In this document: positions 19,387-29,667 of the stretch, in pieces | Layout: each line of letters begins with the position of its first letter | How positions within the stretch are numbered: the stretch's first letter is position 1 | Assembly: GCA_963764625.1 (NCBI GenBank) | Contig: CAVXTH010000001.1 | Location: 128,001-192,000, forward strand | Reading direction: 5' to 3' | Origin: Candidatus Krumholzibacteriota bacterium | GTDB lineage: Bacteria > Krumholzibacteriota > Krumholzibacteriia > JAJRXK01 | Length of the DNA stretch: 64,000 nt | Program-made: the position numbers and the translations under genes | Notes under the pieces: generated by a model | Told to the model about the DNA's origin: nothing | The model's input: only the letters and a program-made list of their open reading frames with translations | Databases searched by the model: none

Positions 19387-20582
19387 TAGGCCTCGTAGTG
19401 GCTGTCCAAACGCCCTTGGCTGAGAGCATCCAGGCCGTACAGCAGCGCGCGTCGTGCGATCTCGGCTTCTTCGGGATCGCTTTTTTCGAGCCGCTGGCGG
19501 AGCTGGGCCACGAAACGCTCCTCGGTGGTGCGCGCGTCCTTTAGAGGAGGATAGCGGTTCAGGTCGATGTCTGGTACCAGGCCGGAGAAATCGGACGCGA
19601 AGTGGAAGTATCGCGGCGCGATCTGGTCGAGAAAGTGCAGCTCGAGACCCCGCGTACGCCTTCCTTTGAGGCGCAGATAGATCAGATCTTCCTCGCGCGC
19701 CCCGCTTCCACGCAGCGCTTCCTCCACTTTCGCAAACGCCGCGTCCGAATAGGAACACGAGGAGAGGTCGCACTCGATCGCGCGTACTTGCCGCGGGTCG
19801 AGCGGAAGAAACTCGACTTCGCTCCGTCCCTCGAGAAGCCGGACCACGAGCGCCCCCTTGCTTCCCCGTTCGTCCAATCCGGCGGCCAACAGACTTCCAC
19901 TATACGCCCCGAGCACTGCACCATTCTCTGCGCGCAGCTCTTGCCGCTCGTGATAGTGCCCCAGCGCGGTCCAGGAGAATCCTTGCGCCCTCAACTCTTC
20001 TTCGCTGAAAGGATAGGTGGCCTTCTGACTCTGCAGATAGCCCCCGTCGTCGCGGCTGCCGTGAAAGAGCAGAAGCGAAGTGCTCGAGTCGGGGCGATCG
20101 ATGCGGGTGGCCAGCCGGCGGAGCTGGCTGGGCAGATTCGCCGCCACCCCGCAGGCGGTGACCGAAACGTCCGGCCGGTGAGGCCAGGGCACGTTCTGAA
20201 ATTCCTCGTGCGCGAAGATGTGGACGTTTTCGGGCCAGCGGAAATCACGGGTCCCCGGCCCGTCATCCTGGCGGTACGGCGAGACCCCTCCGTAGGAATC
20301 GTGGTTTCCCGGGGCCAAAAATACGGGTTTGGGGGCAATCGAGCCCAGGGTGCCCGCTACGAAGCGCAGGGTGTCGCCCCGGACGAGCTCGTCGTCGAAG
20401 AGATCGCCCGGGAGCAGCACGCCGTCCAGACCGCGCGCTTCGACCTGGGCGATGGCGGCCTGGAACGCCGCGCGCCTCTCTCTCTCGCGTTGGGCGGCCT
20501 TGCGGCGACCCAGGCGAAGCTTGCCCGCGCTTAGAGGGGCGTCGAAGTGGACATCGGAAAGCTGCAGGAAGCTCAGGCTCAC
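19386..20582 (-). CDS. Mre11/SbcD-like (YhaO) metallophosphoesterase DNA repair nuclease
   Basis: SDVHFD, GDLFD, PGNHD, LFHG, ALGHYH motifs. Confidence 0.9.
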   Translation of the reverse strand: MSLSFLQLSDVHFDAPLSAGKLRLGRRKAAQRERERRAAFQAAIAQVEARGLDGVLLPGDLFDDELVRGDTLRFVAGTLGSIAPKPVFLAPGNHDSYGGVSPYRQDDGPGTRDFRWPENVHIFAHEEFQNVPWPHRPDVSVTACGVAANLPSQLRRLATRIDRPDSSTSLLLFHGSRDDGGYLQSQKATYPFSEEELRAQGFSWTALGHYHERQELRAENGAVLGAYSGSLLAAGLDERGSKGALVVRLLEGRSEVEFLPLDPRQVRAIECDLSSCSYSDAAFAKVEEALRGSGAREEDLIYLRLKGRRTRGLELHFLDQIAPRYFHFASDFSGLVPDIDLNRYPPLKDARTTEERFVAQLRQRLEKSDPEEAEIARRALLYGLDALSQGRLDSHYEA

Positions 20583-20607
20583 GTCGATTGGCCTTTCGAA
20601 ACGAAAC

Positions 20608-20633
20608 CCGGCGACCGTAAATACGGCCGCCGG
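20608..20633 (-). terminator. Intrinsic terminator after the alanine/glycine symporter gene
   Basis: Minus strand CCGGCGGCCGTA-TT-TACGGTCGCCGG followed by GTTTCGTTT; T-run also present on the plus side. Confidence 0.7.
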
Positions 20634-20660
20634 ATTTTCAGGGGCTTCCGTCTTCCCCCG

Positions 20661-22055
20661 TCAACGTGTTCGTATCTGCTTTCTGGAGAAATAGTCCTTC
20701 GTCAGCCTGACTAAAACTCCCGAGAGTGCGAACACGCCAATCATATTGGGCAACGACATCAGTCCGAGCGTGATATCCGCGAAATTCCAGACCAGCTCGA
20801 GGGACCAGATCGCACCCAGAAACTGAAAGACCACAAAGACCCAACGATAGATGGGTCGGGCTTGCGCGCCCCAAAGATAATCAACGGCTCGATCACCATA
20901 GTAGGACCAAGTCACCGATGTGGAAAAAGCATAAAATGGAATCGAGAGAGTAACAATGTATTTTCCATATTCTCCCAAGAGAGGATGAAGTCCTTTCGTG
21001 AACGCCCACGAAGTGAGGAGCGCCCCGTTCAACCCTTCACCCGTCACGGGATCGACCGCATCGCGCCAAGAATTAGTGAGAATGATGACGAGTCCCGTCA
21101 TGGTGCAGATGACGAGCGTGTCGATGAAGGGTTCCGCCATCGCCACCAGTCCCTCGCGCACCGGTTCCTTCGTCTTGGCTGCGGCATGCGCGATGGGCGC
21201 GCTTCCCTGACCCGCCTCGTTCGAGAACAGCCCCCGTTTGATGCCCCATTGCAGGGTCATGGCGACTCCGGCCCCCAGAAATCCCCCCGCAGCCGCGGTG
21301 GGATGGAACGCCTCATAGAAGATGAGGCGGAAAGAAGGGACGATCGCATGGTAATTCACCGCGAGGAGAGTGAGAGCCCCGCCCACGTAGAATACGGACA
21401 TCACGGGCACGAGACGGCTCGCGACTTGACCGATTCGCTTGATGCCCCCGACGATGACCAGCGCGAGAAAGGCGGCCAAGACCAAGCCCGTGATCCAGGT
21501 GGGCACGCCCAGATCGGCCTTGAGATTCCCCGCGACAGTATTGCTCTGGACGATGTTGGCCGAGCCCATGCTGGCCACCACGGTCAAGAACGCGAAACTG
21601 GTCGCCATCCACTTCCAGCTCGGCCCCAGGCCTTTTTCGATGAAGTACATCGCCCCGCCCGCGGCGGATCCGTCCGGTTGGATGTCGCGGTAGTGGTGAG
21701 CCAGGGTGCACTCGGCGTATTTCGTAGCCATGCCCACGAAGGCCGAAATCCACATCCAGAACAGCGCCCCCGGCCCTCCCACGTGCATCGCGGTGGCCAC
21801 GCCGGCGATGTTCCCGATGCCGATGGTGGCGCTCAGCGCCGCCGAGAGCGCCTGAAAGTGGTTGATGTCCCCCTCGTCGTCCGGATCGTCGTACTTCCCA
21901 CGGATGATGTAGTAGGCGTGCCGCAGTTTTCGCAGCTGGATGAAGCGGGACAGGAAAGTGAGATAGATCCCCCCACCCAAAATGAGGATGATCAGCGGAA
22001 GTCCCCACAGAAAGTCCGAGATGGCTTTGAGAATGGCAGTGATCTCTTGGAGCAT
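20661..22055 (-). CDS. Alanine/glycine:cation symporter (AGCS family)
   Basis: FQALSAALSATIGIGNIAGVATA, GGPGALFWMW, GGAMYFIEKGL, RGLFSNEAGQGSAPIAHAAAK, PFIDTLVICTMT, WSYYG. Confidence 0.95.
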   Translation of the reverse strand: MLQEITAILKAISDFLWGLPLIILILGGGIYLTFLSRFIQLRKLRHAYYIIRGKYDDPDDEGDINHFQALSAALSATIGIGNIAGVATAMHVGGPGALFWMWISAFVGMATKYAECTLAHHYRDIQPDGSAAGGAMYFIEKGLGPSWKWMATSFAFLTVVASMGSANIVQSNTVAGNLKADLGVPTWITGLVLAAFLALVIVGGIKRIGQVASRLVPVMSVFYVGGALTLLAVNYHAIVPSFRLIFYEAFHPTAAAGGFLGAGVAMTLQWGIKRGLFSNEAGQGSAPIAHAAAKTKEPVREGLVAMAEPFIDTLVICTMTGLVIILTNSWRDAVDPVTGEGLNGALLTSWAFTKGLHPLLGEYGKYIVTLSIPFYAFSTSVTWSYYGDRAVDYLWGAQARPIYRWVFVVFQFLGAIWSLELVWNFADITLGLMSLPNMIGVFALSGVLVRLTKDYFSRKQIRTR

Positions 22056-22112
22056 GCAGCGGGAGTGGGGCGTCTTCGGGGGAATTCGCGCACGGTGGTC
22101 GAGTGCCGAACG

Positions 22113-22142
22113 AAAGTAACCCGCGCCTTTGTCGAGGGTCAA
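22113..22142 (-). promoter_or_regulatory. Putative sigma70 promoter of the AGCS symporter gene
   Basis: Minus strand TTGACC-N18-TACTTT, about 57 nt upstream of ATG 22055. Confidence 0.4.
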
Positions 22143-22167
22143 GTACTCGCAGACCCATTCGAGCGAC

Positions 22168-24468
22168 TTACAGCCGAATCGCGTAGCTCAATTTCACCGT
22201 GAGGTCAGCTCGCCGCGGCGCGAAATTCTGCCGGTTGTCCGTCCGCTCATCGGAGAACACGAGGTAGAAATCGCTCTCGGCGCCGAAGAGATAGTGCAGA
22301 CGCGCTTGGCTCAAAAGGGCGTTCGAAGCGCTGTTCCACTGCGTGAAGACCGCCAGATTCAGGGAGTTGGAGAGATCGACCCCGAGCCGCGCCCGCACGA
22401 CCTTGGCGTGAAACCGCTGCTCCAGTCCGCTGGACGCGTCATCGCGGTGCAGTTGATGCGATTCTCCCTCCAGGGTCAGGGCGAGGTGGGGCGCGAGCCT
22501 TCCCGTCGCCGCCGCGCTCAGGCTGTTCAGGGCACCATCGTAGTAGTCTCCCAACTCCCCCTCGACCTTCAGGGCGAAGGGGAGCGAAGGATTGGAGCCG
22601 AGACTGAACCCAAGCCGGTGGAAGTGATAATCGCCTTGGGGGAAGACCACCTCCCCGAGCGGGAATTCCTCGAAGAGCCGCTCGAAGGAGTTGCTGAGAT
22701 GAAGCGAGACGACCTCATCGTCCCGGCCGATCAGGTTTCCCTGCAGCCAGAGGTTGCGCGAGGTGAAGGTGCCGTCACGCCGGTCGATCCACTCGCCGTA
22801 GGCGAATGTCTCCACCCCGCGCAGAAGGCCCCAATTGGGTTCGGGGGTCCATCCAATCTCCGTGATGTGGCGCTGGATGTCCCGGCGGGGAAGGAATCCC
22901 ACGCGGGGCGCGTAGTCGCGTCCGTAGACCTCGTAGAGATAGTTCCCGTAGTACAGGGGCCGGCTGTAGCGAACTCGGGCTCCCCAGCTGCCGTGGTCGG
23001 GTCCGTCGCGGGGCTGATCGGAGAACTCCTGCGGATCGAGGCTGAGTCCCTTTTCGCTCTCGTTGCTGAACGATCCGTAGGCCGCGATGTCCAGGTCGTC
23101 ACCGGGGCGCAGATCGCAGTCCAGACCGAAGACCCGGTTGTAGACGCTTCCCCCCTCGGCCGTGCGTGCCACGAGGATCGCGCCCAAGCGGTTGCGTTCC
23201 CCGATGTCCTGGCTCACCCGGGCCACGTCGTAGCGGTAGTCGGGCGTGGCTGAAAGTCCCTTCGACTTGAGATCGAGAAAGCCCACGTCGGTTCGTCCCA
23301 GTTTCCCGGTGAGACGAGTGCCATATTCGATCGGCACGGTCTCAAAGTTCGAGTTCAAACCGATCCGGCGGCTGAACAAGGCTCGGTTGTCGGGGGAACC
23401 GAAGGAGAAGTAGTCACGATTCTCCAGGAAGAATTCCCTCTTCTCGGGGTAGTAGAGGGGGAATCGGGTGAGATTCACCTGTTCGTCGTCGACTTCGACT
23501 TGCGCGAAGTCGGTGTTCACGGTCACGTCGAGAGTCAGGTTGGAGGAGAGCCCCAGTTTGAGATCGTATCCCGCCTCTCCGTCGGTCGACCACTCGTTGC
23601 GGCTGAAGGCGGAGGGGTCTCCGGCATCTCCCCGAGACACCGACCCAAGCAAGTAGGGCCGGAGCAGGATGTTGCTCCCGGGGGAGATCCCTTCGAGCCC
23701 ATCGAGGCTACCGGCCTGGCTCACCCGCAGGATGTCGAAGTGCCGTTCGATGGGCGCCCACATGCTCTGCTCGTTCCCCACCCGTCGCTGCCGCTCAAAA
23801 TTGATCCCCATGCTCAGGTTTTCCGTCGGAGAGAATCTGAGGGTCCTCCAGGGAATCTCGATTTCTCCCTGCCAGCCGTCCTGGGTGATGCGACAGCTTG
23901 CGCTCCACACTCCGTCCCAATCGACGTTGAATTGATCGCCGGCTCCTTCCGCGCGGAAGAGCGCGTCCCGGCGCATTCCGTTGGGGTTCACCTGGAAGAA
24001 GAAGCCGTTTTGCAGATCGTGGTAGGTGTCGAGCACCAGCGTGAAGTAGTCGTCAGCCGAGATGTCCGCGTCGCGGCCGAGCACGCGGTGGACGATCCCC
24101 TGTGGATCGTCGTCGCGGCAGAGAAAACCCAGGTAGAGCGCTTTCGTGGTGTACACGATGCGGACCACCGTCGGCTGAGTTGCCGGTTCCCCGCTTCGAG
24201 GGCGCTGCTGCACGAAGTCGCGGGCCACCACCGCCCGCTTCCAGAGCGGCTCGTCGAGAAATCCGTCGATCTTGGGGGCATCGCCACGCGAGCCGCGGTG
24301 AGCGCGCGGTGGGCGGCTCCGTTGGCTTCGCTTCGGCCAGGTACCGGGCTCTCGCTCTGTCCGAGGGAATCTTCAGCAGCGAAAGTGGCGAGAATCAAGA
24401 CGAAAAGAGATACGGCCAGCACACGCTTCCGCGTGTTCTTCTTCGAACCGAAGAGGAGTTACGGTCAT
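22168..24468 (-). CDS. DUF5916 / CBM9-like domain outer-membrane protein (frameshifts ~24450 and ~24270)
   Basis: PKIDGFLDEPLW across the junction, LDTYHD.QNGFFFQVNPNG, WDGVW, EIEIPWRTLRF, TLDVTVNTDFAQVEVD, NLTRFPLYYPEKREFFLE, FSRRIG; beta-barrel-like C-terminus. ATG 24468 has RBS GAGG. Confidence 0.82.
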
Positions 24469-24485
24469 TGAAGATCCTCGGCCGC

Positions 24486-26882
24486 CTACCTGAATCCCTG
24501 GGGCATGGGAAGGCTGGGATCGAGCTCATGGGCCTTCAGGATGGCCTCTCTCGCTTCTTCCTTCTTGCCCTGCATCGCCAGAATGACCCCCAGCTGAAGT
24601 CTGGACTGGCCGTCCTTCGGCAACTGCTTCACCACCTCACGCGCGAGTTTCTCGGCTTCGCCCAGACGGCCCATTTGCGCGTAGATCGCTGCAAGCTGGG
24701 CGCGCGCGTCGACCATGTCCGGCTTGAGCTCGAGCACTTTCTCGAACGCCGACGCGCCGGCGGCCATGTTCCCCGCCATGAGATTGGCCATCCCCAGATT
24801 GCCCCAGATTTCCGGATCATTCAACTCGGGAGCCGCCTCCTGCAAAAGTTTCAATCCCTCCTGCACGCGACCCGCCTTCAGAGCGGCGCTTCCGAGCTGT
24901 CCCTTCGATTCGGCGGTAGAGAGCATGCCGTGCTGCTGCAAGAGGGATTCGGCCTGGTTGTCCTGACCCGATGCGATGAGAACTCCGCTTAGAGCCTGAA
25001 GGGCGTCCTTGAGGTCGGGATTCAGCTGAATCGCCTTCTGGAGGTTTTCCTTGGCCTGCGGCAGCTTTCCCTCGTCCTTCAGCATCGCGCCCTTGAAGTA
25101 CCAGAGGTCGGCCAGGCGAGGATCCATTTTCAGCGCGCGATCCAGCGCCGCCGCGGCTTCTTCGTCTCGGCCGAGCTTGTGCAGAGCGAAGCCGCGCGCA
25201 CCCACCACGAAGGCCCATTCCGGATGACGCTTCAGAGCGAGGTTGTAGGTCTCCAAGACTTTCGCGTTGTCGTTCTCCGCCGCGTAAACCATGGCCAGAT
25301 TCTGATAGTTGAGCGAGTTGTCCGGATCGTCTTCGACGAGCTTCTTGAAGATAGTACCCGCCTCTTCCAGGCGACCGGTCTTGGCGTAGGTCAAGGCCAG
25401 GTTGAAGCGCGCCTTGACGTTTTCGGGGTCGGACTTCAGTACTTTCTTCAGGACCTCGAGTGCCTCGTCGAATTTCTTCTGGTTGCACAAGACGATGGAC
25501 ATGTTAATCGCCTGCTCGACGTTCGGCGCCACCACGTCGTCGCCATGCGCGTCCTCGGTACCGCCCTTGATATAGCCGAGCGAGCGCAGCATTTCCTCCA
25601 TCTTCTCGCCCACCGCGGGGTCGACCACGATGTCGTCGCCTCGATCCCATGGACCCGTCTCGTAGGTTGCGATGGTCTTGTCGGGATGCTCCGCCTGGTA
25701 CTGGTCGGAAAAGGCTTCCTTCAACACCCTGCCGTGCATGTCTTCCGCCACCGGAAGATCGAGCATGTGCAGAACGGTCGGGGCCACGTCATAGATGTCC
25801 GCTCCCTTGATGTCGTTCCCGGTTTTGATTCCCGGACCATTGAGCAGCACGATACCATCGGGCATGTGGCTCTTGTCCGCGGTGTCGATGTTGAATTCCA
25901 TTTCTTTCAAGCGCTCTGGGCCGGTGCGAAACCCGTGATCGGAAATGATCATCACGATGGTGTTCTTCCCGCGGTGCTTCAGCAAATCTCCCAGCAGTTG
26001 ATCTTGCCACTTCCAATACGCTTCCAGGGTGCCGCTATAGCGCTTGTAATCTTCATCGCTGACCCAGGAAAGCCGGGGAGGCGCATACTCGCTAAAGAGA
26101 TGCTCCGTGGCGTCGGTTCCCTCGTAGTAGATGGCGAAGAAGCGCGGATGGTCCTTGTCCAACAACTCCGCGCCGAGTTTGGTGTAACCGATGCTGGTGG
26201 CGATGTTCTCCTTCAGGTGCTGAACCGGCCCGCCGTAGGGCCCGGTTGGCGTCTCGTTTTCGAGCTCTTGTTTGTTGGTGTTGATCATCGAAAGCAGGAG
26301 GTCGATCGGCACGTTCTGGGGCGAAGGAAAGGCTCGTTTCACGTCGCCTATGAGCTGGGGCGGCCAGGTCTTTCCGGGAACGTCGAGGTTGGTGCCAGTG
26401 ACCCCGAAGGAATGAAAGGCCACGTAATCACTGATCATGAAGCCCTTCACCGGTTCGACCGGCCAGGTCGCCCACCAACCGATGATCCCCACGGAAAGGT
26501 CGTGCTCGCTGGCGATGTTCCACAGCGCGCGCACCCACCGGTTCCGGCTGCTCACTGGGATCTTCGACCCGTCGGGCGCGTCACTCATGAACCAGGTGAC
26601 TCCGTGCTTGTCGGCGGTCTTGCCCGTCGCGATGCTCGTCCACAAAATGGGAGAGAGCATTGGATTGTCGGTGCGCAAACGGCCCCAGGCTCCCTCGCTG
26701 CGCAAGCGACTCAGATTGGGCATTTCCCCCTTGGCCATGTAGGGTTCGAGGATGTCCCAGTCGGCGCCGTCGAAGCCGATGATCCAGATGTCTGGATCGC
26801 GGCGCGAGGAGCAGCCGGTGAGAACCCCTCCGAACACCAGCAACAGGAGAGGGAGCGCGAACAGAAGTCTCGTGAGTTTCAT
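24486..26882 (-). CDS. Lipoprotein: alkaline-phosphatase-superfamily (nucleotide pyrophosphatase/phosphodiesterase-like) domain plus TPR array
   Basis: Lipobox LTGC, IIGFDGADW, LSPILWTSIATGK, GTDATEH, ISDHGF, DVAPTVL, LRSLGYI, then about 9 TPR repeats. Confidence 0.88.
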   Translation of the reverse strand: MKLTRLLFALPLLLLVFGGVLTGCSSRRDPDIWIIGFDGADWDILEPYMAKGEMPNLSRLRSEGAWGRLRTDNPMLSPILWTSIATGKTADKHGVTWFMSDAPDGSKIPVSSRNRWVRALWNIASEHDLSVGIIGWWATWPVEPVKGFMISDYVAFHSFGVTGTNLDVPGKTWPPQLIGDVKRAFPSPQNVPIDLLLSMINTNKQELENETPTGPYGGPVQHLKENIATSIGYTKLGAELLDKDHPRFFAIYYEGTDATEHLFSEYAPPRLSWVSDEDYKRYSGTLEAYWKWQDQLLGDLLKHRGKNTIVMIISDHGFRTGPERLKEMEFNIDTADKSHMPDGIVLLNGPGIKTGNDIKGADIYDVAPTVLHMLDLPVAEDMHGRVLKEAFSDQYQAEHPDKTIATYETGPWDRGDDIVVDPAVGEKMEEMLRSLGYIKGGTEDAHGDDVVAPNVEQAINMSIVLCNQKKFDEALEVLKKVLKSDPENVKARFNLALTYAKTGRLEEAGTIFKKLVEDDPDNSLNYQNLAMVYAAENDNAKVLETYNLALKRHPEWAFVVGARGFALHKLGRDEEAAAALDRALKMDPRLADLWYFKGAMLKDEGKLPQAKENLQKAIQLNPDLKDALQALSGVLIASGQDNQAESLLQQHGMLSTAESKGQLGSAALKAGRVQEGLKLLQEAAPELNDPEIWGNLGMANLMAGNMAAGASAFEKVLELKPDMVDARAQLAAIYAQMGRLGEAEKLAREVVKQLPKDGQSRLQLGVILAMQGKKEEAREAILKAHELDPSLPMPQGFR

Positions 26883-26982
26883 GATTCTTCGAACTGTGGG
26901 GTGCGGTAGCCGGCCGCGAGCCGAGGATTCAAGCCAGGGCGGACCGCTGAGAGAATAGCACAGCTTTCCTAAGATCGCACAC

Positions 26983-27009
26983 CTAAGCTCTTTCCCAAAA
27001 AGCTCTTAG
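26983..27009. promoter_or_regulatory. Second CTAAG-N17-CTTAG palindromic site in a divergent promoter region
   Basis: CTAAG ctctttcccaaaaagct CTTAG, with an extra CCTAAG half-site just upstream. Confidence 0.4.
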
Positions 27010-27097
27010 CGCTGAAGCGCTCACTTCGTATACCCTTAAGGAGAGAAGTTTCGCCCATTCTCGTCTCTATCGCACGCGATTGAACTGAGGACTGCCC

Positions 27098-27964
27098 GTG
27101 CCGAGTCAAGAGTCTCCCCTACTGCGCGCCCACGAACTCTTGCGTCACAGCGGTCTGCCTCCGCTCCAAATCCAGAACGCGGGCCGGGGCAGTAATCATC
27201 ATCTCTTCATCGTCGAGCTAGACGAGGGGCCCCTGCAACTGCTTCGCATGCCGGTGGACCCCGAAGCCGGGCCCCGCTTGCGCAGCGAGGAAGAGGCGAT
27301 CCGCCGGGCGGCGGGGACCGTGCCGGTGCCCCACCCCACCCTCCTCATTCCCTCTTTGCATCGACCCAAAGCCTGTATTCAGCCCATCATCGAGGGGACC
27401 CGCGCCCAGGATCTGCGCGCCCAGGACACCAGTCCCCGCCGGGTGGAGGCTCTGTGCCGTCTTCTGGGGCTGCAGCTCGCCCACCTGCACCGCATCGAGT
27501 TCCCGGTGCACGAACCCACTTTCATTCCCTTCTTGAGCCCCAGTTTCGTGACCGGAAACGAACGCTTGCTCCATGGCGACGCGCACCTGGGAAACATCAT
27601 GGTGCAGGTCGGCGCCAAGGAAAGCCTGAGCGTCTCCGGACTCATCGACTGGAGCTTCTGTCACTGGGGACCGCCCGAGAGCGACCTGGTGGAGATGGCG
27701 ATCACCGAAGGCGAGCCACGGCCTTTGCTCGGCCGCGCATTCTACGAAGCGTATCTGGAGGGCGGCGGCCTCGAACCCCGAGAACACGTCTTCAAGTGGG
27801 CACTGGTGCGGGAGCTGGAGAGACGACTCGCGACGCACGCGCAAGCCTACGAGCAGACCCCTCGCGACGCGTGGACGCGGTGGCTCGACGCCTTGCATCG
27901 GCCGGGGGCCCGCTCCCTCCAGGTCTTCTCCTCCGGAAGGGTCTCTGGAGGAGACCTGGTCTAG
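27098..27964 (+). CDS. APH/choline-kinase-like phosphotransferase
   Basis: GRGSNH loop, Brenner motif LLHGDAHLGNIMV, GLIDWS, GPPESDL. Confidence 0.82.
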   Translation: MPSQESPLLRAHELLRHSGLPPLQIQNAGRGSNHHLFIVELDEGPLQLLRMPVDPEAGPRLRSEEEAIRRAAGTVPVPHPTLLIPSLHRPKACIQPIIEGTRAQDLRAQDTSPRRVEALCRLLGLQLAHLHRIEFPVHEPTFIPFLSPSFVTGNERLLHGDAHLGNIMVQVGAKESLSVSGLIDWSFCHWGPPESDLVEMAITEGEPRPLLGRAFYEAYLEGGGLEPREHVFKWALVRELERRLATHAQAYEQTPRDAWTRWLDALHRPGARSLQVFSSGRVSGGDLV

Positions 27965-27966
27965 GC

Positions 27967-29667
27967 TCAGAGCGAAGGGTGCTTCTGGTTCCAGCCGCTC
28001 GCCCGCTGGTAGGCGGAAGCCAGAGCGACGATCGCCCCTTCCTCGTAGGTGCGTCCCACCAAGCTGAAGCTGAAAGGCGTGCCGTCCTTCTTGAATCCGT
28101 CCGGTACGACCACGCAAGGATGTCCGGTGAGGTTGGTGTCCAGAAGGCTTCGCCCGGCAAAGGACGGACAGACGTAGCCGTCGAGCTCCCCCAACATTTT
28201 CTCGAACTGATCCTGTAGGAGAGTGCGGGCGCGTTGCGCCCGGAGGTACTGGACCCCCGGCACCAGTTGCGCCGCCCGAAACACGTTGGGCCAGGCATCC
28301 TCGACTTGGCGCACCATCTCGTCGTCTCGGTTGTCGCGCGTGAACTCGTCGAAGGCCGCCGCGGCTTCGACTTCCAAAACGACGAGCATCTCGCTCACCG
28401 GAAGCTGGGGCAATTCGATCGGCGTGAACTCGACCCCCAGTTTGGCGAGAACTTTCAGGGCGTCTTGATCGAGCTCAGAGTTCTCGTACTCGCTCTCGAA
28501 AGCGGCCCGGTTGAATCCGAAGCGCAGGTCCTTCAGTTCCCCGGTCGAGTAATGCCGCCACGGCGCGGTCACTGCGTCGCGATCGTTCCCGTCAGCGCCG
28601 TGAATGGCCGAGATCACAAGAGCTGCGTCCTCCGCGCAACGGGCCAGAGCTCCGATCTTGTCCATCGTCCACGACAGCGCCATGCATCCGGAGCGGGGAA
28701 CCCGTCCAAAGGTGGGACGCAGGCCGGTGGCGCCGCAGCGGGTGGAGGGCGAGACGATGGAGCCCAGCGTCTCGGTGCCCAGGGCGAAGGGCAGACCTCC
28801 GGCCGCGACCGCCGACGCACTTCCGGCCGAGGAGCCACTGCTGCCCTGCTCGAGGTTCCAGGGATTCTTCGTCATGCCGCCGAACCAGACGTCGCCCCAG
28901 GCCAGGGCTCCCACGCTGGTCTTCGCGATGAGAACCGCCCCCGCTTCGTCCAGGCGTCTCACCACTTCGGCGTCCTCATCGAGCATCTGGTCGCGATAGG
29001 GCTTGCAGCCCCAGGTGGTCGGATAGCCCTTCACCGCCAAAAGGTCTTTGGCGCCCCAGGGAATCCCATGGAGCGGCCCCCGGTAATGCCCGGCCGCGAT
29101 CTCCTCGTCCGCCTTGGCGGCCTGCTCCAGCGCCCTCTCCTGCGTGAACGTGATCACGCACAAGAGTTTCTCGTCCAACATCCGCAGGCGCTCCAGGAAG
29201 AACTTCGTCAGCTGCACGCTGGTGATCTCGCGACGGCGCAGGCGATGGGACAGTTCGAAGACCGAGGCGAACGCAAGCTGGTCGAGTGATTTGTTCTGGG
29301 CGGGACCCTTCGTTTGGAAAGGGTCGAGCGCCGCCGTGATGGCCTCGTACTCGCGCGGACCCTCGATTGCGGCTCGCGAGGTCTGCTGTCGGCTCCTGGG
29401 AGAGAAAGTCGTCGCGAGCGGCACCTCGTTGGCAAGCTCGAGCTTCTCCAGGGCCTGCAGAGCGTCGAGGTGCTCCTGCACCGACTTCGTCATCAACTCG
29501 CGCTCGGCCTCGTTGAAGCTGAGATCGGCCAGATTCTCGGCGCAGGCGATGGTGTCGGCGTCGACCTTGAGGTCCTGCGCTCGCAGGAGCTCCGGCATGA
29601 AGGGAAGCAGAATGGAGGTGGCGACGGCGCGGCCCAGGAAGCGGCGACGGTCCAGAGTCTTGTTCAT
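27967..29667 (-). CDS. Amidase-signature family amidase with a Tat-like signal
   Basis: DRRRFL N-terminus, GPLHGIPWGAKDL, GSSGSSAGSASAVAAG, GTETLGSIVSP, GLRPTFGRV. Confidence 0.92.
   Translation of the reverse strand: MNKTLDRRRFLGRAVATSILLPFMPELLRAQDLKVDADTIACAENLADLSFNEAERELMTKSVQEHLDALQALEKLELANEVPLATTFSPRSRQQTSRAAIEGPREYEAITAALDPFQTKGPAQNKSLDQLAFASVFELSHRLRRREITSVQLTKFFLERLRMLDEKLLCVITFTQERALEQAAKADEEIAAGHYRGPLHGIPWGAKDLLAVKGYPTTWGCKPYRDQMLDEDAEVVRRLDEAGAVLIAKTSVGALAWGDVWFGGMTKNPWNLEQGSSGSSAGSASAVAAGGLPFALGTETLGSIVSPSTRCGATGLRPTFGRVPRSGCMALSWTMDKIGALARCAEDAALVISAIHGADGNDRDAVTAPWRHYSTGELKDLRFGFNRAAFESEYENSELDQDALKVLAKLGVEFTPIELPQLPVSEMLVVLEVEAAAAFDEFTRDNRDDEMVRQVEDAWPNVFRAAQLVPGVQYLRAQRARTLLQDQFEKMLGELDGYVCPSFAGRSLLDTNLTGHPCVVVPDGFKKDGTPFSFSLVGRTYEEGAIVALASAYQRASGWNQKHPSL

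Noticed and set aside
19387-19773. 129-aa N-terminal extension of the SMC-like ORF given in the ORF track
   Set aside because: It overlaps the nuclease gene; the true start MRILQL at 19386 is coupled through TAATG.
16495-20582. Wadjet/Lamassu-type anti-plasmid defence system
   Set aside because: No kleisin, KITE, JetD or effector genes are adjacent; the two-gene layout and TM hairpin fit YhaO/YhaN in a housekeeping context.
22056-22167. Glycine riboswitch upstream of the AGCS symporter
   Set aside because: The gap is only ~110 nt, contains a promoter-like element, and lacks the GGAGA/GAAGG/CTCAGG cores.
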